IMG/VR virus record: IMGVR_UViG_3300042860_004714
Source of the DNA: an uncultured virus (IMG/VR IMGVR_UViG_3300042860_004714)
Taxonomy: Duplodnaviria; Heunggongvirae; Uroviricota; Caudoviricetes
Strand: one strand, 5' to 3'
Length of the DNA stretch: 64,000 nt
This document shows, piece by piece, positions 29,408-39,223 of the stretch (the first letter of the stretch is position 1; each line of letters starts with the position of its first letter). The notes beneath the pieces are model-generated. The model had not been told where the DNA came from, did no database searches, and saw nothing but the letters and a program-made list of their open reading frames with translations. The position numbers were made by a program, and so were the translations under genes.

Positions 29408-29590
29408 GTGATCGAATTCTTTGTTCACCTCATCTGCGCCGTAGCCTTGAGCGGCATCGTCTACCAGTTGATCCGTTTCGCATACTTCACTTGGCTGCTG
29501 TACAAGATAGAAAATCGACTTCACTTTCTGGAAACAGAAAGCCAGAAGCTCAGAAAGCGCCAGTGGGATGAACAACAACGCCAGGAATAG
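29408..29590 (+). CDS. Small membrane protein
   Basis: AAGGAG RBS, TM helix. Confidence 0.6.
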   Translation: MIEFFVHLICAVALSGIVYQLIRFAYFTWLLYKIENRLHFLETESQKLRKRQWDEQQRQE

Positions 29591-29598
29591 GAGGCGAC

Positions 29599-30174
29599 AT
29601 GCTGCGCGGAGAGATCGTACTGCACACAGAGCGCATCTGTGAGGTCGTCGATGTGATCGACGCCAAGTCAGTGAGGCTCAAAACACTTTTCTCGTCTTCA
29701 TGCAAACCAGTGCAGAAGGACTCTGTACGAGCGGTACGGGTCGACGCCGTGGAGACAAGAGATCGCGCCGTCGTTCGTCTTAGAGCAAGGCGCGATAGAT
29801 GCGATGAGATCCTCAGCCTTCTCGAGGCGAGGTCTCCGTTTGTGCCGAGCTTCACCCGGCCTCGTCATGGCGAGTTGTCGTCGCGCATTGACTTCAGCTT
29901 GTCTTCGAGCTGGAGAGCAGTTACCTACCCTCACGGCACGACGCACCATTACTTGTTCTACGCGAAGTTTGTTGATGTCGTTGCTGTCGAAGTCACAGAA
30001 TACGATGCCTGCGTCAACTGGTGCTTCTTCTTGCCATTCGTGCCAGACGCGCCGGTACCAGACAGCGGCAACGTGTTCGTCACGAAGACGAAATCACCGG
30101 CAGATGCTTTGCGAGAAGCGAAAAAAGTATCTGTCGAGAGACTACTCAAACATCTCTCGAAGGACACGAAATGA
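29599..30174 (+). CDS. Hypothetical protein
   Basis: AGGAGG RBS. Confidence 0.7.
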   Translation: MLRGEIVLHTERICEVVDVIDAKSVRLKTLFSSSCKPVQKDSVRAVRVDAVETRDRAVVRLRARRDRCDEILSLLEARSPFVPSFTRPRHGELSSRIDFSLSSSWRAVTYPHGTTHHYLFYAKFVDVVAVEVTEYDACVNWCFFLPFVPDAPVPDSGNVFVTKTKSPADALREAKKVSVERLLKHLSKDTK

Positions 30175-30728
30175 TGGTCTTGCTCTTGGCCCTTCAAGTT
30201 GCTTTCGCGGACGCGATCTGCCGCGACGGTTGGCGCAGCAGCTCGAGTGGTTCGGGAACGTGTTCGCACCACGGAGGAGTGGCTTACTGGATCCCGTCGA
30301 CGTCTTCGCCAGGTACTGCGCCAAGTGGGTTGTATGTATACAAACCCCGCTACCCGCGATACGACTTCGGGCCATTCCAGAACTTCGTTCTCGACGTCTA
30401 CTCAGGGATAAACCCGGACTTGTACCTGGGTTGCTTGACGTGTGATCCCAATCACGACGACCCTGAAATTTGGCTGAAGAGCGTTCGTCGTCGCGAAGGG
30501 AAGTACCACGTCAACGGAAAGTTGTGGGGTTCCAGCACAGATGGATACGCTTCTTGGTATGACGATCACTCGATGTGCAACCCCAAAGCGAAAAATCCAC
30601 CGAAGGTGTTCAACCGTGAAACGAACGAATACGTCGGTAGGTTGACGCTGAACATGAACCTGCCGGACAGCATCAAGGTTCCCGAAGTCATCGGATTCAT
30701 CAACAAGTCTTGCGAGGAGTGGTTGTGA
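30171..30728 (+). CDS. Secreted protein with DUF3761-like Cys/His motif
   Basis: Signal peptide then AICRDGWRS.S...GTCSHHGGV. Confidence 0.65.
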   Translation: MMVLLLALQVAFADAICRDGWRSSSSGSGTCSHHGGVAYWIPSTSSPGTAPSGLYVYKPRYPRYDFGPFQNFVLDVYSGINPDLYLGCLTCDPNHDDPEIWLKSVRRREGKYHVNGKLWGSSTDGYASWYDDHSMCNPKAKNPPKVFNRETNEYVGRLTLNMNLPDSIKVPEVIGFINKSCEEWL

Positions 30729-30742
30729 TCAACAATAAAAAC

Positions 30743-31483
30743 ATGAAGTTGATGCGTCTCATCTCTGAGAGACAAAAAGCATCATCGGATCCAGAAAAGC
30801 TCGCCTTGACACAGATGATCAAGGCGAACGAAGAGCTGGGAGAGGCGGCGGCTGAGCTGTTGGCGCTGTCGAAATCGAAAAACGCTTCGGCGAGCGCTGC
30901 CGGCAACATCGAAGGCATGCTGGAAGAGCTGACTGACGTCCTCAGCTGTGTGATCGACATGCTCCTGACGCAAGGGGTCACGGAAGAGAAGCTCAACTCG
31001 ATGCTTCTCCTCAAACTCAAGAAGTGGGGCTCGAAGCTGTTGCCTCGGCATCACAGCGACCTGGCCATGCATGGAAATCTCGCTGCTTGGACCTTGTGGG
31101 ACCGCTCTTACATTGAAGTCCTCTCGTTCAACAAGCTCGACAAGTCGACCTCAGTCATGCCGCGTCCGTTGACTCTCGGCGAGCACAACAAGATTTTGCT
31201 GGGAGCAACGCCCTACGTATACATGACCTCTCCCGAGAAGCCTATTGCATTGCACCGAAAGGAGGCAACCGACTTTATCGAAACGCTCAACTACATCCTT
31301 GCTTGCAATTCAACAGATATGTGGCAGGAAGGTTTTTGCTTCTGCCTTCCCACAAAGTCTGATTTGTTGCAGGCAGGCATTCTCGATGACGACACGGACA
31401 AGTACTGGTTGTTTCCTCCCGACGACAACGGAACCGAAACGCCAGACACCAAGAAAATGGTCCTTGTCGTTTTCGGACTCTGA
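30743..31483 (+). CDS. MazG-like nucleotide pyrophosphohydrolase domain protein
   Basis: KANEELGEAA and EELTDV motifs plus extra C-terminal region. Confidence 0.75.
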   Translation: MKLMRLISERQKASSDPEKLALTQMIKANEELGEAAAELLALSKSKNASASAAGNIEGMLEELTDVLSCVIDMLLTQGVTEEKLNSMLLLKLKKWGSKLLPRHHSDLAMHGNLAAWTLWDRSYIEVLSFNKLDKSTSVMPRPLTLGEHNKILLGATPYVYMTSPEKPIALHRKEATDFIETLNYILACNSTDMWQEGFCFCLPTKSDLLQAGILDDDTDKYWLFPPDDNGTETPDTKKMVLVVFGL

Positions 31484-31494
31484 AAGGACTACTC

Positions 31495-31794
31495 GTGCCG
31501 GTAGACACAAAAGAACTCAGAAAGCGCTTGAGGCGCTACGACAAGAGTGCACCACGGTGCAGCGGCGCGTCATTGCGCAAAACTTCTTGGGCTCCGGACT
31601 GGGTGCATAAACAAGATCCGGAAGCTGAGGAATTTTCTGTTACTCTGACCTCTCCGTGCGCATTGCCTGAAGGCCACGATGGGCCTTGCAGTTCAATTCG
31701 GCCTGTATTGAGCTGGCCTGGATACGACATCATCAACTCGATGCTCGATGAGATCGATTCACTCCGAAACAGCAGCAACGACCCTGAGCCCTGA
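31495..31794 (+). CDS. Hypothetical protein
   Basis: C...GH.GPC motif. Confidence 0.6.
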   Translation: MPVDTKELRKRLRRYDKSAPRCSGASLRKTSWAPDWVHKQDPEAEEFSVTLTSPCALPEGHDGPCSSIRPVLSWPGYDIINSMLDEIDSLRNSSNDPEP

Positions 31795-31902
31795 GGAGGG
31801 GACATGAGCAGCGACTGCTTAAACGGGGACGACAAGTTTGACGCTTTTGTGGGCGATTTCGTGCAGCAAGAGTTACTCAACCCCACACAAACAGGCAAGT
31901 AG

Positions 31903-32343
31903 ATGAGCAATTCTCTTGTACGTGACCCAAAGGTTGACTGGCGATTCAAGTCCCTCCTGAACACAGCTGACTCTTATCGGGCAGCGAAAGAGGATCGCCT
32001 CAAGGCAGGAGAAATTCTTCGTTCCGATTCGGGGATGCGTTCGTTCTGGCGCAGCTCGCTCCCTTCTGAGGAGGAGCGTCAAGCTGCGAAAGAAACCCTC
32101 GACGAAAAAGTAGGATTCAAGTCCTACTGTCCCTGTTGCAATCGGTACTACGGGTTCCCGTCTGCCTATTGCTCTGTCCAAGAACACGGACTTTGCGGTA
32201 CGTGCCGCCTCTTTGAAGAAGGCAAGTTTGATGGAGTGGAATCTTTCCGCCATCCGACACTCGAAGAGGCGATGTCAGTCAAAGAGGTTCGCCCGGCCGA
32301 GGGCTACGTCCTTCAGCAAGCTATCCGAGAGTTGCGTAAATGA
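31903..32343 (+). CDS. Hypothetical zinc-binding protein
   Basis: CPCC and CGTC. Confidence 0.6.
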   Translation: MSNSLVRDPKVDWRFKSLLNTADSYRAAKEDRLKAGEILRSDSGMRSFWRSSLPSEEERQAAKETLDEKVGFKSYCPCCNRYYGFPSAYCSVQEHGLCGTCRLFEEGKFDGVESFRHPTLEEAMSVKEVRPAEGYVLQQAIRELRK

Positions 32344-32627
32344 AGAATGACCTCGTTAGCGCAGGAAAGAATGAACTTGTTAGCAAGGGGAAGAAAGAAG
32401 TTGAGGCGCAGACAGAGAACTGCGCGAACAACAAAGGAAGCGACACTGACTGGCGGAAAGCCTACTTGACGTTGTGCCACTTGATCGCTACTGATTTTAT
32501 CTCCAGTCATAAAGTCTCGAACTATGTCGACAACATCAGAAAAACGTCAGGAGACGAAGCAGCAGATTCTCTCGTAAAAGTGTTCAATTCTCTTCGGACA
32601 CAGTTCATGCAAGACTTCATGGGGTGA
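32340..32627 (+). CDS. Hypothetical protein
   Basis: ATGA-coupled ORF. Confidence 0.6.
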   Translation: MKNDLVSAGKNELVSKGKKEVEAQTENCANNKGSDTDWRKAYLTLCHLIATDFISSHKVSNYVDNIRKTSGDEAADSLVKVFNSLRTQFMQDFMG

Positions 32628-32630
32628 AAC

Positions 32631-32987
32631 ATGTTCACGTTCAGGTCGCCCGAATGGGCAAACAAAGAAGGCGCTCCTCGGGACGGAGCCGGAATGCTGT
32701 CTCGCGCGCGCGACTTGGCGAGCAGCTACTACCCGCTCGGAGTCCAGACCGGTGTCCACGCCATGATTGAATGGTGTGGAGTCATGGGAGAGCACGTGAA
32801 GATGCTGGAAGATGCGTTTGCTCAAGGAATTGAGCCCAACAACATCGATCAGCATTCAGGTGTGACCGTCAAAGCAAAACCCTACAGGGTTGCCTACATC
32901 TGCGAGAAAATCGGTTGTCAGCTGAAGCCTTTCGTCAAGGCGGACGCTGATTTGTGGAAGCGTGAAATCAACAAGTGGTTCGAGTAG
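32631..32987 (+). CDS. Hypothetical protein
   Basis: ORF in operon. Confidence 0.65.
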   Translation: MFTFRSPEWANKEGAPRDGAGMLSRARDLASSYYPLGVQTGVHAMIEWCGVMGEHVKMLEDAFAQGIEPNNIDQHSGVTVKAKPYRVAYICEKIGCQLKPFVKADADLWKREINKWFE

Positions 32988-32995
32988 GAGACATC

Positions 32996-33502
32996 ATGAA
33001 CAGCATCAAGACCTTTTTCGTGGCGGCTGCGCTTACCCTCCCCTCTGTCGCCTCTGCGGGCAAGCTCGCGGAGGGCATCTTCGGCATCCCTTGGGGCGAG
33101 AAGACAGAGTTTCCCGCACCTTTCGAGGATTGCGTCAAGGACACTTCGAGCATCACGCCGTGGGAGTGTCAGCGCGAAATCGACGGCATCAAGTTTGAGG
33201 TCGCTTTCGTGTGGGAGATGAACCTGTTTTACGGGGCCGCAATCCGCAGCAAGGACGGCTACGAGTCGTGTTCTCGCCTCCAGGACATGCTGGAGGCCGC
33301 TTGGGGCAAGTCGTTCCCGACGTCTCGCTACCTGACCGGGAAGATGGACAACCGGGCGTGGAACGACGGGAGAGTGTCGGCTACCTGGAAGTACAACACA
33401 GTGACCCACCACTGTGATGTCTTCGTCTTCCACCTCGACATGCTCGATACGATCAAGGCCGAAAAGAAGAAGAAGGCTGCGGAGGCGGCGTCCAAGTTCT
33501 GA
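32996..33502 (+). CDS. Secreted hypothetical protein
   Basis: Signal peptide ending VASA; FGIPWG. Confidence 0.7.
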   Translation: MNSIKTFFVAAALTLPSVASAGKLAEGIFGIPWGEKTEFPAPFEDCVKDTSSITPWECQREIDGIKFEVAFVWEMNLFYGAAIRSKDGYESCSRLQDMLEAAWGKSFPTSRYLTGKMDNRAWNDGRVSATWKYNTVTHHCDVFVFHLDMLDTIKAEKKKKAAEAASKF

Positions 33503-33518
33503 GCAGACAAAGAAGGAG

Positions 33519-34100
33519 ATGATGATGGGCGACACACTGACTGAGTTGTTCGACACCCTCAACAAAGAAGTCGAAAATGCTGTCCGCTCTGAGGTTAGCC
33601 CCGACGTCTTGCGCGCCACGGCAACAGAGTGGGTCAGAAAGGTCAGCAATCAGAAAAACGAAGAGCTTCTCTTCAAGTTCTGCTCGCAGGAAGACGAACA
33701 GATCAAAGTGATCATCGAGGAAGCAGTCAGAGAATCAACAATGATTCACTTGGGACGTGAGATCGAAGACGCGATCACTCACGTCGTCGGGAAGCGGCTC
33801 CTCGAGATCACGAAGAAACGAAAGAAGAAGCTGGAGCAGATCCTCGAAGAGATGATCACTGTCGAGATGGTGGAAAACTACTTTCCTCGCGTCATAGAGC
33901 TGACTCACAGCAAAGTCGACGAGATCGCGCACAGACGTTTGCTCAAGCATTGCATCAAAGCTATCGCAACTGCTCGCATCAACGCAATCGTAAAAAGAGC
34001 AGCAGAAGTTGGAGTGAAGCTCGGAAGAACTCAAAGCAAAAATCTACAGCACGCTATCGAAACAGAGCTGCACAACACGACCCGATGGAGGGGGCTGTGA
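33519..34100 (+). CDS. Hypothetical helical protein
   Basis: AAGGAG RBS. Confidence 0.7.
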   Translation: MMMGDTLTELFDTLNKEVENAVRSEVSPDVLRATATEWVRKVSNQKNEELLFKFCSQEDEQIKVIIEEAVRESTMIHLGREIEDAITHVVGKRLLEITKKRKKKLEQILEEMITVEMVENYFPRVIELTHSKVDEIAHRRLLKHCIKAIATARINAIVKRAAEVGVKLGRTQSKNLQHAIETELHNTTRWRGL

Positions 34101-34486
34101 CGATCGAAGAATGGCTCAAAGAGAACAAAGTGAAATATGATGTTCTCTCCTTCCGCCACCTGGATACAGGGGAAGTCTTGGCGCGAACCAAGCTGGGAGA
34201 AGCGCCCAGTCGCAGGTTTCTGCGAGACCTGAACGGCGCTGTTCGTGAAATCACGACCTCAGAGAGGAAACACATCGCAGCGAAGGCGAAAGCTGATGCC
34301 CGCAAAACCCGAAATCGTGGATCTGTGCCTGTTCCGCCTGTGTCGCCAGATCAGCCGAGAGAAGGAGAAAGTGACGGCGAGAGTGCTTGTCTCCCACGCG
34401 TACTTCGAGCTCGTGGGCCCCACAAGCAAGCTTCGCGTAAGGTTCGCCATCACCCCCGATCTGCAAAGGCTCGCAGGAAGGGTTGA
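34097..34486 (+). CDS. Hypothetical protein (overlaps next ORF)
   Basis: GTGA coupling, GGAGG RBS. Confidence 0.5.
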   Translation: MTIEEWLKENKVKYDVLSFRHLDTGEVLARTKLGEAPSRRFLRDLNGAVREITTSERKHIAAKAKADARKTRNRGSVPVPPVSPDQPREGESDGESACLPRVLRARGPHKQASRKVRHHPRSAKARRKG

Positions 34487-34865
34487 AGTTTCTCTGCCTC
34501 ATGTCCAGTTTAGCTGGCAAGGCGCAACTGCTGGAAGGGAGCTGTTACAGCCTTTGGGCCGTTTGATGGGGAAAAACTACGGGATGTATCCCATCACCTC
34601 CAAGGGTTACTACATCAACTATCCCGAGTTCGAAGAGATCGAAAAAGGAGAAAGAGAGACCGCGTGGAGGTCTCTTGTCTTGAGAGACAGCAAAGACAAC
34701 GGAATACTTGTTTTTCGGTCGCCTGAATTCCAAGAGCGCAGGATTTCTTGGTTGCAGTCAACCGTCAGGCCGTTGGCCCCTGAACTTGCAGACGAAGAAG
34801 AAGTTCGGCAAGCGGACATTGAGGAAATCCTCCGTGTTCAGCACCTTCAATCCACCACCAAGTGA
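34296..34865 (+). CDS. Hypothetical protein
   Basis: ORF; start uncertain. Confidence 0.55.
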   Translation: MPAKPEIVDLCLFRLCRQISREKEKVTARVLVSHAYFELVGPTSKLRVRFAITPDLQRLAGRVEVSLPHVQFSWQGATAGRELLQPLGRLMGKNYGMYPITSKGYYINYPEFEEIEKGERETAWRSLVLRDSKDNGILVFRSPEFQERRISWLQSTVRPLAPELADEEEVRQADIEEILRVQHLQSTTK

Positions 34866-35563
34866 GATGCACAGAGATGCACTTTTCAAGCGCTGTTCAG
34901 TTGTGGGAGAGTGCTCGGCAGGGTCTTGTCCTTCCCGTCGAGACGATCCAGCAGTATGTGAGTGGCCTGGCTGCGCGTGCTGGCGGTGTTCATCGCGAGT
35001 GTTGGACTCGCTACCTGAAGCTGGCTCGCGCGCTCGATGTGCCGTGGGCAGTTCGTTTGCGGACTGCTCTCGATCGCCGGCTCCCCTGTCCCGGGGCTTG
35101 GTGCGGCCGCCATGAGTTTTACGAGTCGTGGCGTAGCCAGATGGTTGGCTGGTACGAGATGTTCTTGCTCGGCCCCATGAACATCAACAGCGACACCGCT
35201 CCTCCTGCAGTGCGAGAAGGTCTTGTCGTGTTCCGCGACAACGTCCTTTCTTGTGCTCAGTTCGACGGTTCTTTGCTGTTGGTGTTCATCGAGAACGTCG
35301 ACAAGGACAACGCCCGAATCACAAGCATCTTCGACATCTCGTTCGACGACACCATCACTGTTGCGTTCGGCAACAACACGGAGATGACAAAGTTCGAGGA
35401 CACGCCTGAGCCCGTGCCTGTTGTCCGTGCCCACTTCAAGCTCAAGGACTTCCCCGATATCCTTTGGGGCCAGGCGTACGAGAGTGACAAACCTGTGCGT
35501 GATGACAGTGCGCAAGCACGCGAACTGATCGAGAAACTTGCCCCCAACACCCTGTCCAAGTGA
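34862..35563 (+). CDS. Hypothetical protein
   Basis: Coupled ORF. Confidence 0.65.
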   Translation: MRCTEMHFSSAVQLWESARQGLVLPVETIQQYVSGLAARAGGVHRECWTRYLKLARALDVPWAVRLRTALDRRLPCPGAWCGRHEFYESWRSQMVGWYEMFLLGPMNINSDTAPPAVREGLVVFRDNVLSCAQFDGSLLLVFIENVDKDNARITSIFDISFDDTITVAFGNNTEMTKFEDTPEPVPVVRAHFKLKDFPDILWGQAYESDKPVRDDSAQARELIEKLAPNTLSK

Positions 35564-35574
35564 GGAACATCAAC

Positions 35575-37995
35575 ATGACCACCATCAAGTCCCTGACTGA
35601 GATCCGCTACACCAAGATCGACCTGTCCGACTTCGGCATCAAGCCCGCAGAGGTGCTGACCCCTGCGCACCACATCGTCGTCGTGGACCGCTCCGGTTCC
35701 ATGTACTCCGACATCACTCACGCGCGCGACATGCTCATCCAGACCTTCGCCACCGCCACGGTGCTGAAGCCGCACGTCAAGGTGAGCTTGCTGTCCTTCT
35801 CCTCGGAAGGTGATCTGACGTCGCACTTCGAGAAGGTGCCGGCGACCGACGTCTCGGATCCCAAGTACGTCAGCGCGATCAAGAGCATTCACGCAACCGC
35901 GTTGACGTGCATCTCGCAAGGCATGCTCGCCGCGCTCAAGCTCGTGACGCCGGCAGAGCCGACGGCCATCACCTTGTTGACCGACGGCTACGCCAACGAC
36001 CGCTCGCCGTCCACCGAGATCGCGAAGCTCAACGCCTTCGTCGAGGAGGCCCGCATCATCCCCGGCTTGTTCGTCAACTGCATCGGCTTCCGCAGCTGGT
36101 GCGATTGGAACCTGATGCAGAAGATCGCATCGAACTTGGGCGGCAAGTGCGGCGAGGCAAAGACCTTCCTGGACGTGCACAAGGTGCTGTTCGAGGTCAA
36201 CACAGCGCTGTCCGGCAACGTCTCGCCCATCATCAGCATCGGGCAGCCGGACGCGGAAGGTACGCTCCTCGCGGTCTGCCTCAAGCCCGAGAAGGTGGTC
36301 ATGGCCAAGAAGGGCAAAGAGCTGATCTTGCCTTTCTTCGACACGAGCCTTGGCGACATCGATAAGATCATTCAGGTGTTCAACATCACCCCGAAAGGCG
36401 CTGAGAGCTACAAGAAGGCGGCGAAGTTTACGAACACCCTCAAGGCGGACAACGCGGAAGAAGCTTTCCGGGTTCTCGCGGCCTACGCTTCCGCCCTCGT
36501 CGGTTCGCGTGAGCTGCGTCTGGCCAAGGAGTTGCTGTTCCTGAGCGGCAACAAGTCGCTTTACGAGGAGTACTGCACCGCCATCACGCCGCTCGACCTC
36601 GTCGGAATGCAGATGGCGCTCGAGGAGTGGGCCTACATCGGCAGCACCCACTACACGATGGGCAAGAACATGAAGCCCAAGCTCACGTTGTCGGATCTCG
36701 AAAAGCTGCTGTCAGCGACGACACCGCATCTGGGTTTCGACTTCGAGATCGATACCGACAAGTTCTGGGAGGTGTACACCCGGCGCAGCACCTCCCGGGT
36801 CGAGGGCACCGTCAACGAGCACGGAGAGCACATCCCGTTGCAGTTTGAGCTGTACGCGACCAACGCGCCTCAGATTCGCGGCTTGTCGATCAACACGAGC
36901 GAGGCGACCATTCAGGTGGAGACGGTGTCGCCTGCACTGGTGCGGGACAAGACCAACGGTCAGACGCTGATGAACTGCGAAGGCGTCAGCCTCATGAACC
37001 TCAAGAGCTACCGCAGCTTCACCCTCATGAGCAGCGGTGCTTGGAACATCCGCTACCTTCCCGTCAAGCCGGTCAACCGTGCCGGCGCCGAGAAGCTGTG
37101 CAGCATGTTCCCTGACGCCAACCGCAAGAGCGTCGATGTCGGTGACAGCTACCTGATCGACCTCAAGAAGTTCAACGCGGTCAATCCCGAGGCGACTGCG
37201 ACCTGGGCTGCGGTGCAGGCCGCAGCTTCCTCGATGGCAGTTTACACGGCCAACATCAAGTTCTACAGCGCGATGCTCAGCAAGGCCGATGCGTCTCCCT
37301 TCTCGGAGAAGCAGGTCAGTGAGCTGAAGCGCTTCTACTTGACGCCGGCCTTGTACTGGTCGCCGCCCACCGTCGAGAAGTACAAGATCAAGGATGCCGA
37401 CGGCGGGGTCGGTCTCGATCACGCCATCAAGACGGGCAAGGTCGACATGTACACCCGGTTCTCGGTGTCGTTCGGCACGAACAAGATCCTCACCAAGGAC
37501 GAGTTCCCGAGCGCCAACGAGTTCCTGGCCAAGTTCTACTTCGTCACCGAGGCCGGAGGCGCCAAGATCGCCAAGCCCAAGGTGCAAGACCTCCTGCAAG
37601 GAGGGAAGTTCGAGCTCAAGCCCTTCGCAGAGAACCGCATGAGCCATGCGCACAAGCTGATGAAGGCCGTTCTCGAGAACATCGACTTCGGCAAGATCAA
37701 GCAGTCCGAGATCGCCACGAAGCTCAAGGGGTTCGAGGCCGACCGGGAACGGGCCTACAGCGAGCTTCAAGGCATCACGCTCTACATCGGCTGCCTCGGC
37801 ATGCTGCCCGAAGAGCTGGAAGCCGAAGGCGTCGTCGCTCTCACTGGAGAGGAGCTGGAGCAGAAGACGGGCGGGAAGCTCTCGAAAGATGAGCGGAACG
37901 GGATGTTCTTCATGCTCAGCAACGGACACGAACAGGACGGGGGAGAGTACGGGATCATCGGAGTCACCCCCAGCAACGCGTACTTCTCCCGATAG
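35575..37995 (+). CDS. Large VWA-domain protein
   Basis: MIDAS VVVDRSGSM, LLTDG; strong codon bias. Confidence 0.9.
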   Translation: MTTIKSLTEIRYTKIDLSDFGIKPAEVLTPAHHIVVVDRSGSMYSDITHARDMLIQTFATATVLKPHVKVSLLSFSSEGDLTSHFEKVPATDVSDPKYVSAIKSIHATALTCISQGMLAALKLVTPAEPTAITLLTDGYANDRSPSTEIAKLNAFVEEARIIPGLFVNCIGFRSWCDWNLMQKIASNLGGKCGEAKTFLDVHKVLFEVNTALSGNVSPIISIGQPDAEGTLLAVCLKPEKVVMAKKGKELILPFFDTSLGDIDKIIQVFNITPKGAESYKKAAKFTNTLKADNAEEAFRVLAAYASALVGSRELRLAKELLFLSGNKSLYEEYCTAITPLDLVGMQMALEEWAYIGSTHYTMGKNMKPKLTLSDLEKLLSATTPHLGFDFEIDTDKFWEVYTRRSTSRVEGTVNEHGEHIPLQFELYATNAPQIRGLSINTSEATIQVETVSPALVRDKTNGQTLMNCEGVSLMNLKSYRSFTLMSSGAWNIRYLPVKPVNRAGAEKLCSMFPDANRKSVDVGDSYLIDLKKFNAVNPEATATWAAVQAAASSMAVYTANIKFYSAMLSKADASPFSEKQVSELKRFYLTPALYWSPPTVEKYKIKDADGGVGLDHAIKTGKVDMYTRFSVSFGTNKILTKDEFPSANEFLAKFYFVTEAGGAKIAKPKVQDLLQGGKFELKPFAENRMSHAHKLMKAVLENIDFGKIKQSEIATKLKGFEADRERAYSELQGITLYIGCLGMLPEELEAEGVVALTGEELEQKTGGKLSKDERNGMFFMLSNGHEQDGGEYGIIGVTPSNAYFSR

Positions 37996-38084
37996 GCGTA
38001 AGTGTTAATCGATATTGGTTAACACCTACCAAAATAGTACAACTACGTAGTCAACTTTGCTCCGAAAAGTGACTTAGCGGGCGG

Positions 38085-38115
38085 GCTACGACGTGCATCA
38101 GCGGCACGTCGTAGC
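38085..38115. other. 12-bp-stem hairpin
   Basis: GCTACGACGTGC-ATCAGCG-GCACGTCGTAGC. Confidence 0.7.
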
Positions 38116-38172
38116 TAAACCGCGAACGTCAGATTTTTAGAAAAGTTGCGATAACGTATAATAGGATAAACA

Positions 38173-38534
38173 AACACAGTTATCGCGTGCACATCGGTCA
38201 GAGAAACAAGGACCTCAGACACCCCACACGGGCCCTCGAACCACCAAACAGGACCCTCCTTCCCCTTGACGGACCTTGACTCTCTCACTACGACAGAACT
38301 CGCAGGAACCTCTCCCGACAGACTCCCTTCACCAGGGCTATCTCGACGGAATTCAAGCTCTTTGACACTCCAAAACCTGCACCAGCAGCCCCATCATGCA
38401 TGAGTATAAGACGAATGCAGGGTGGGGCGCTTTTGTTTTCACAAACGAATATGAAAGTCGTTTTCAGTTGCTTCTTGAATTACTGTTGGAGGGATACTGA
38501 TTTCTCTGACCGACGTGCACGCGATAACTGTGTT
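38173..38534. repeat. 34-bp inverted repeat (38173-38206 / 38501-38534) enclosing 294 bp
   Basis: aacacagttatcgcgtgcacatcggtcagagaaa versus tttctctgaccgacgtgcacgcgataactgtgtt, 1 mismatch. Confidence 0.92.
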
Positions 38535-38782
38535 CTGTTAATCGATTATACATTAACGGGACTGAGAGCAGCCGTTTATCGGGACTGCGAAGAGAGCTGT
38601 GTCGCCGAAGTTGTCGGCAGCGAGCACAACGCAGAGAAGAGCTGTCGCTGGGAAGGAAATAACGAGATGGGCGGGAAACGCACTTTTCGAGGCCAATTTT
38701 CGTAAGTGTTAATGGCTATATGGGTATTACTTACCCGAGTAGGTCGTGTGCCACACGATAGCTCTCACGAAGAGGAGGGTGT

Positions 38783-39214
38783 ATGTACTTCAACTACAAC
38801 GTGGCTCCGGGAAGAATAACGATCGTGAAATGGTCGAGTGAATACTTGATCGGCTTCTCGGTTGTGTTCGCGCCGAACGAGAACAACGAGATCGTGTCGG
38901 ACAAGGTCATCATTCAGGCAAAGCAAGAGTTGTACGGTTGGTGCGTGAATGGCTCGATGGTAAGCTACTGTGGGCTACACAATGTCACCAACCCGATAAT
39001 GCTGGATGGGATGAACGCCCTGTCTCTGCCCAAAATCAAGAAACTCCAAAAGTTGTTTGAGCCCTCATTCCAAGGAGAGCGCTTCGTATTCATCGCGGAG
39101 TGCGGATTGCACAGCGAGCCAGAGTTGTTGTTCCAGTGTGAGATGAAGCCTCTCGTAATACAGAGGGGCATGTACAACGTAGAAAGACCAGTGACTCCAT
39201 TCAAGCCGAAGTGA
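38783..39214 (+). CDS. Hypothetical protein
   Basis: GAGGAGG RBS. Confidence 0.7.
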   Translation: MYFNYNVAPGRITIVKWSSEYLIGFSVVFAPNENNEIVSDKVIIQAKQELYGWCVNGSMVSYCGLHNVTNPIMLDGMNALSLPKIKKLQKLFEPSFQGERFVFIAECGLHSEPELLFQCEMKPLVIQRGMYNVERPVTPFKPK

Positions 39215-39223
39215 GGGAATGCG

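Noticed and set aside
38400..38705. 101-aa ORF in the large intergenic region
   Set aside because: No RBS, atypical composition, crosses the inverted repeat
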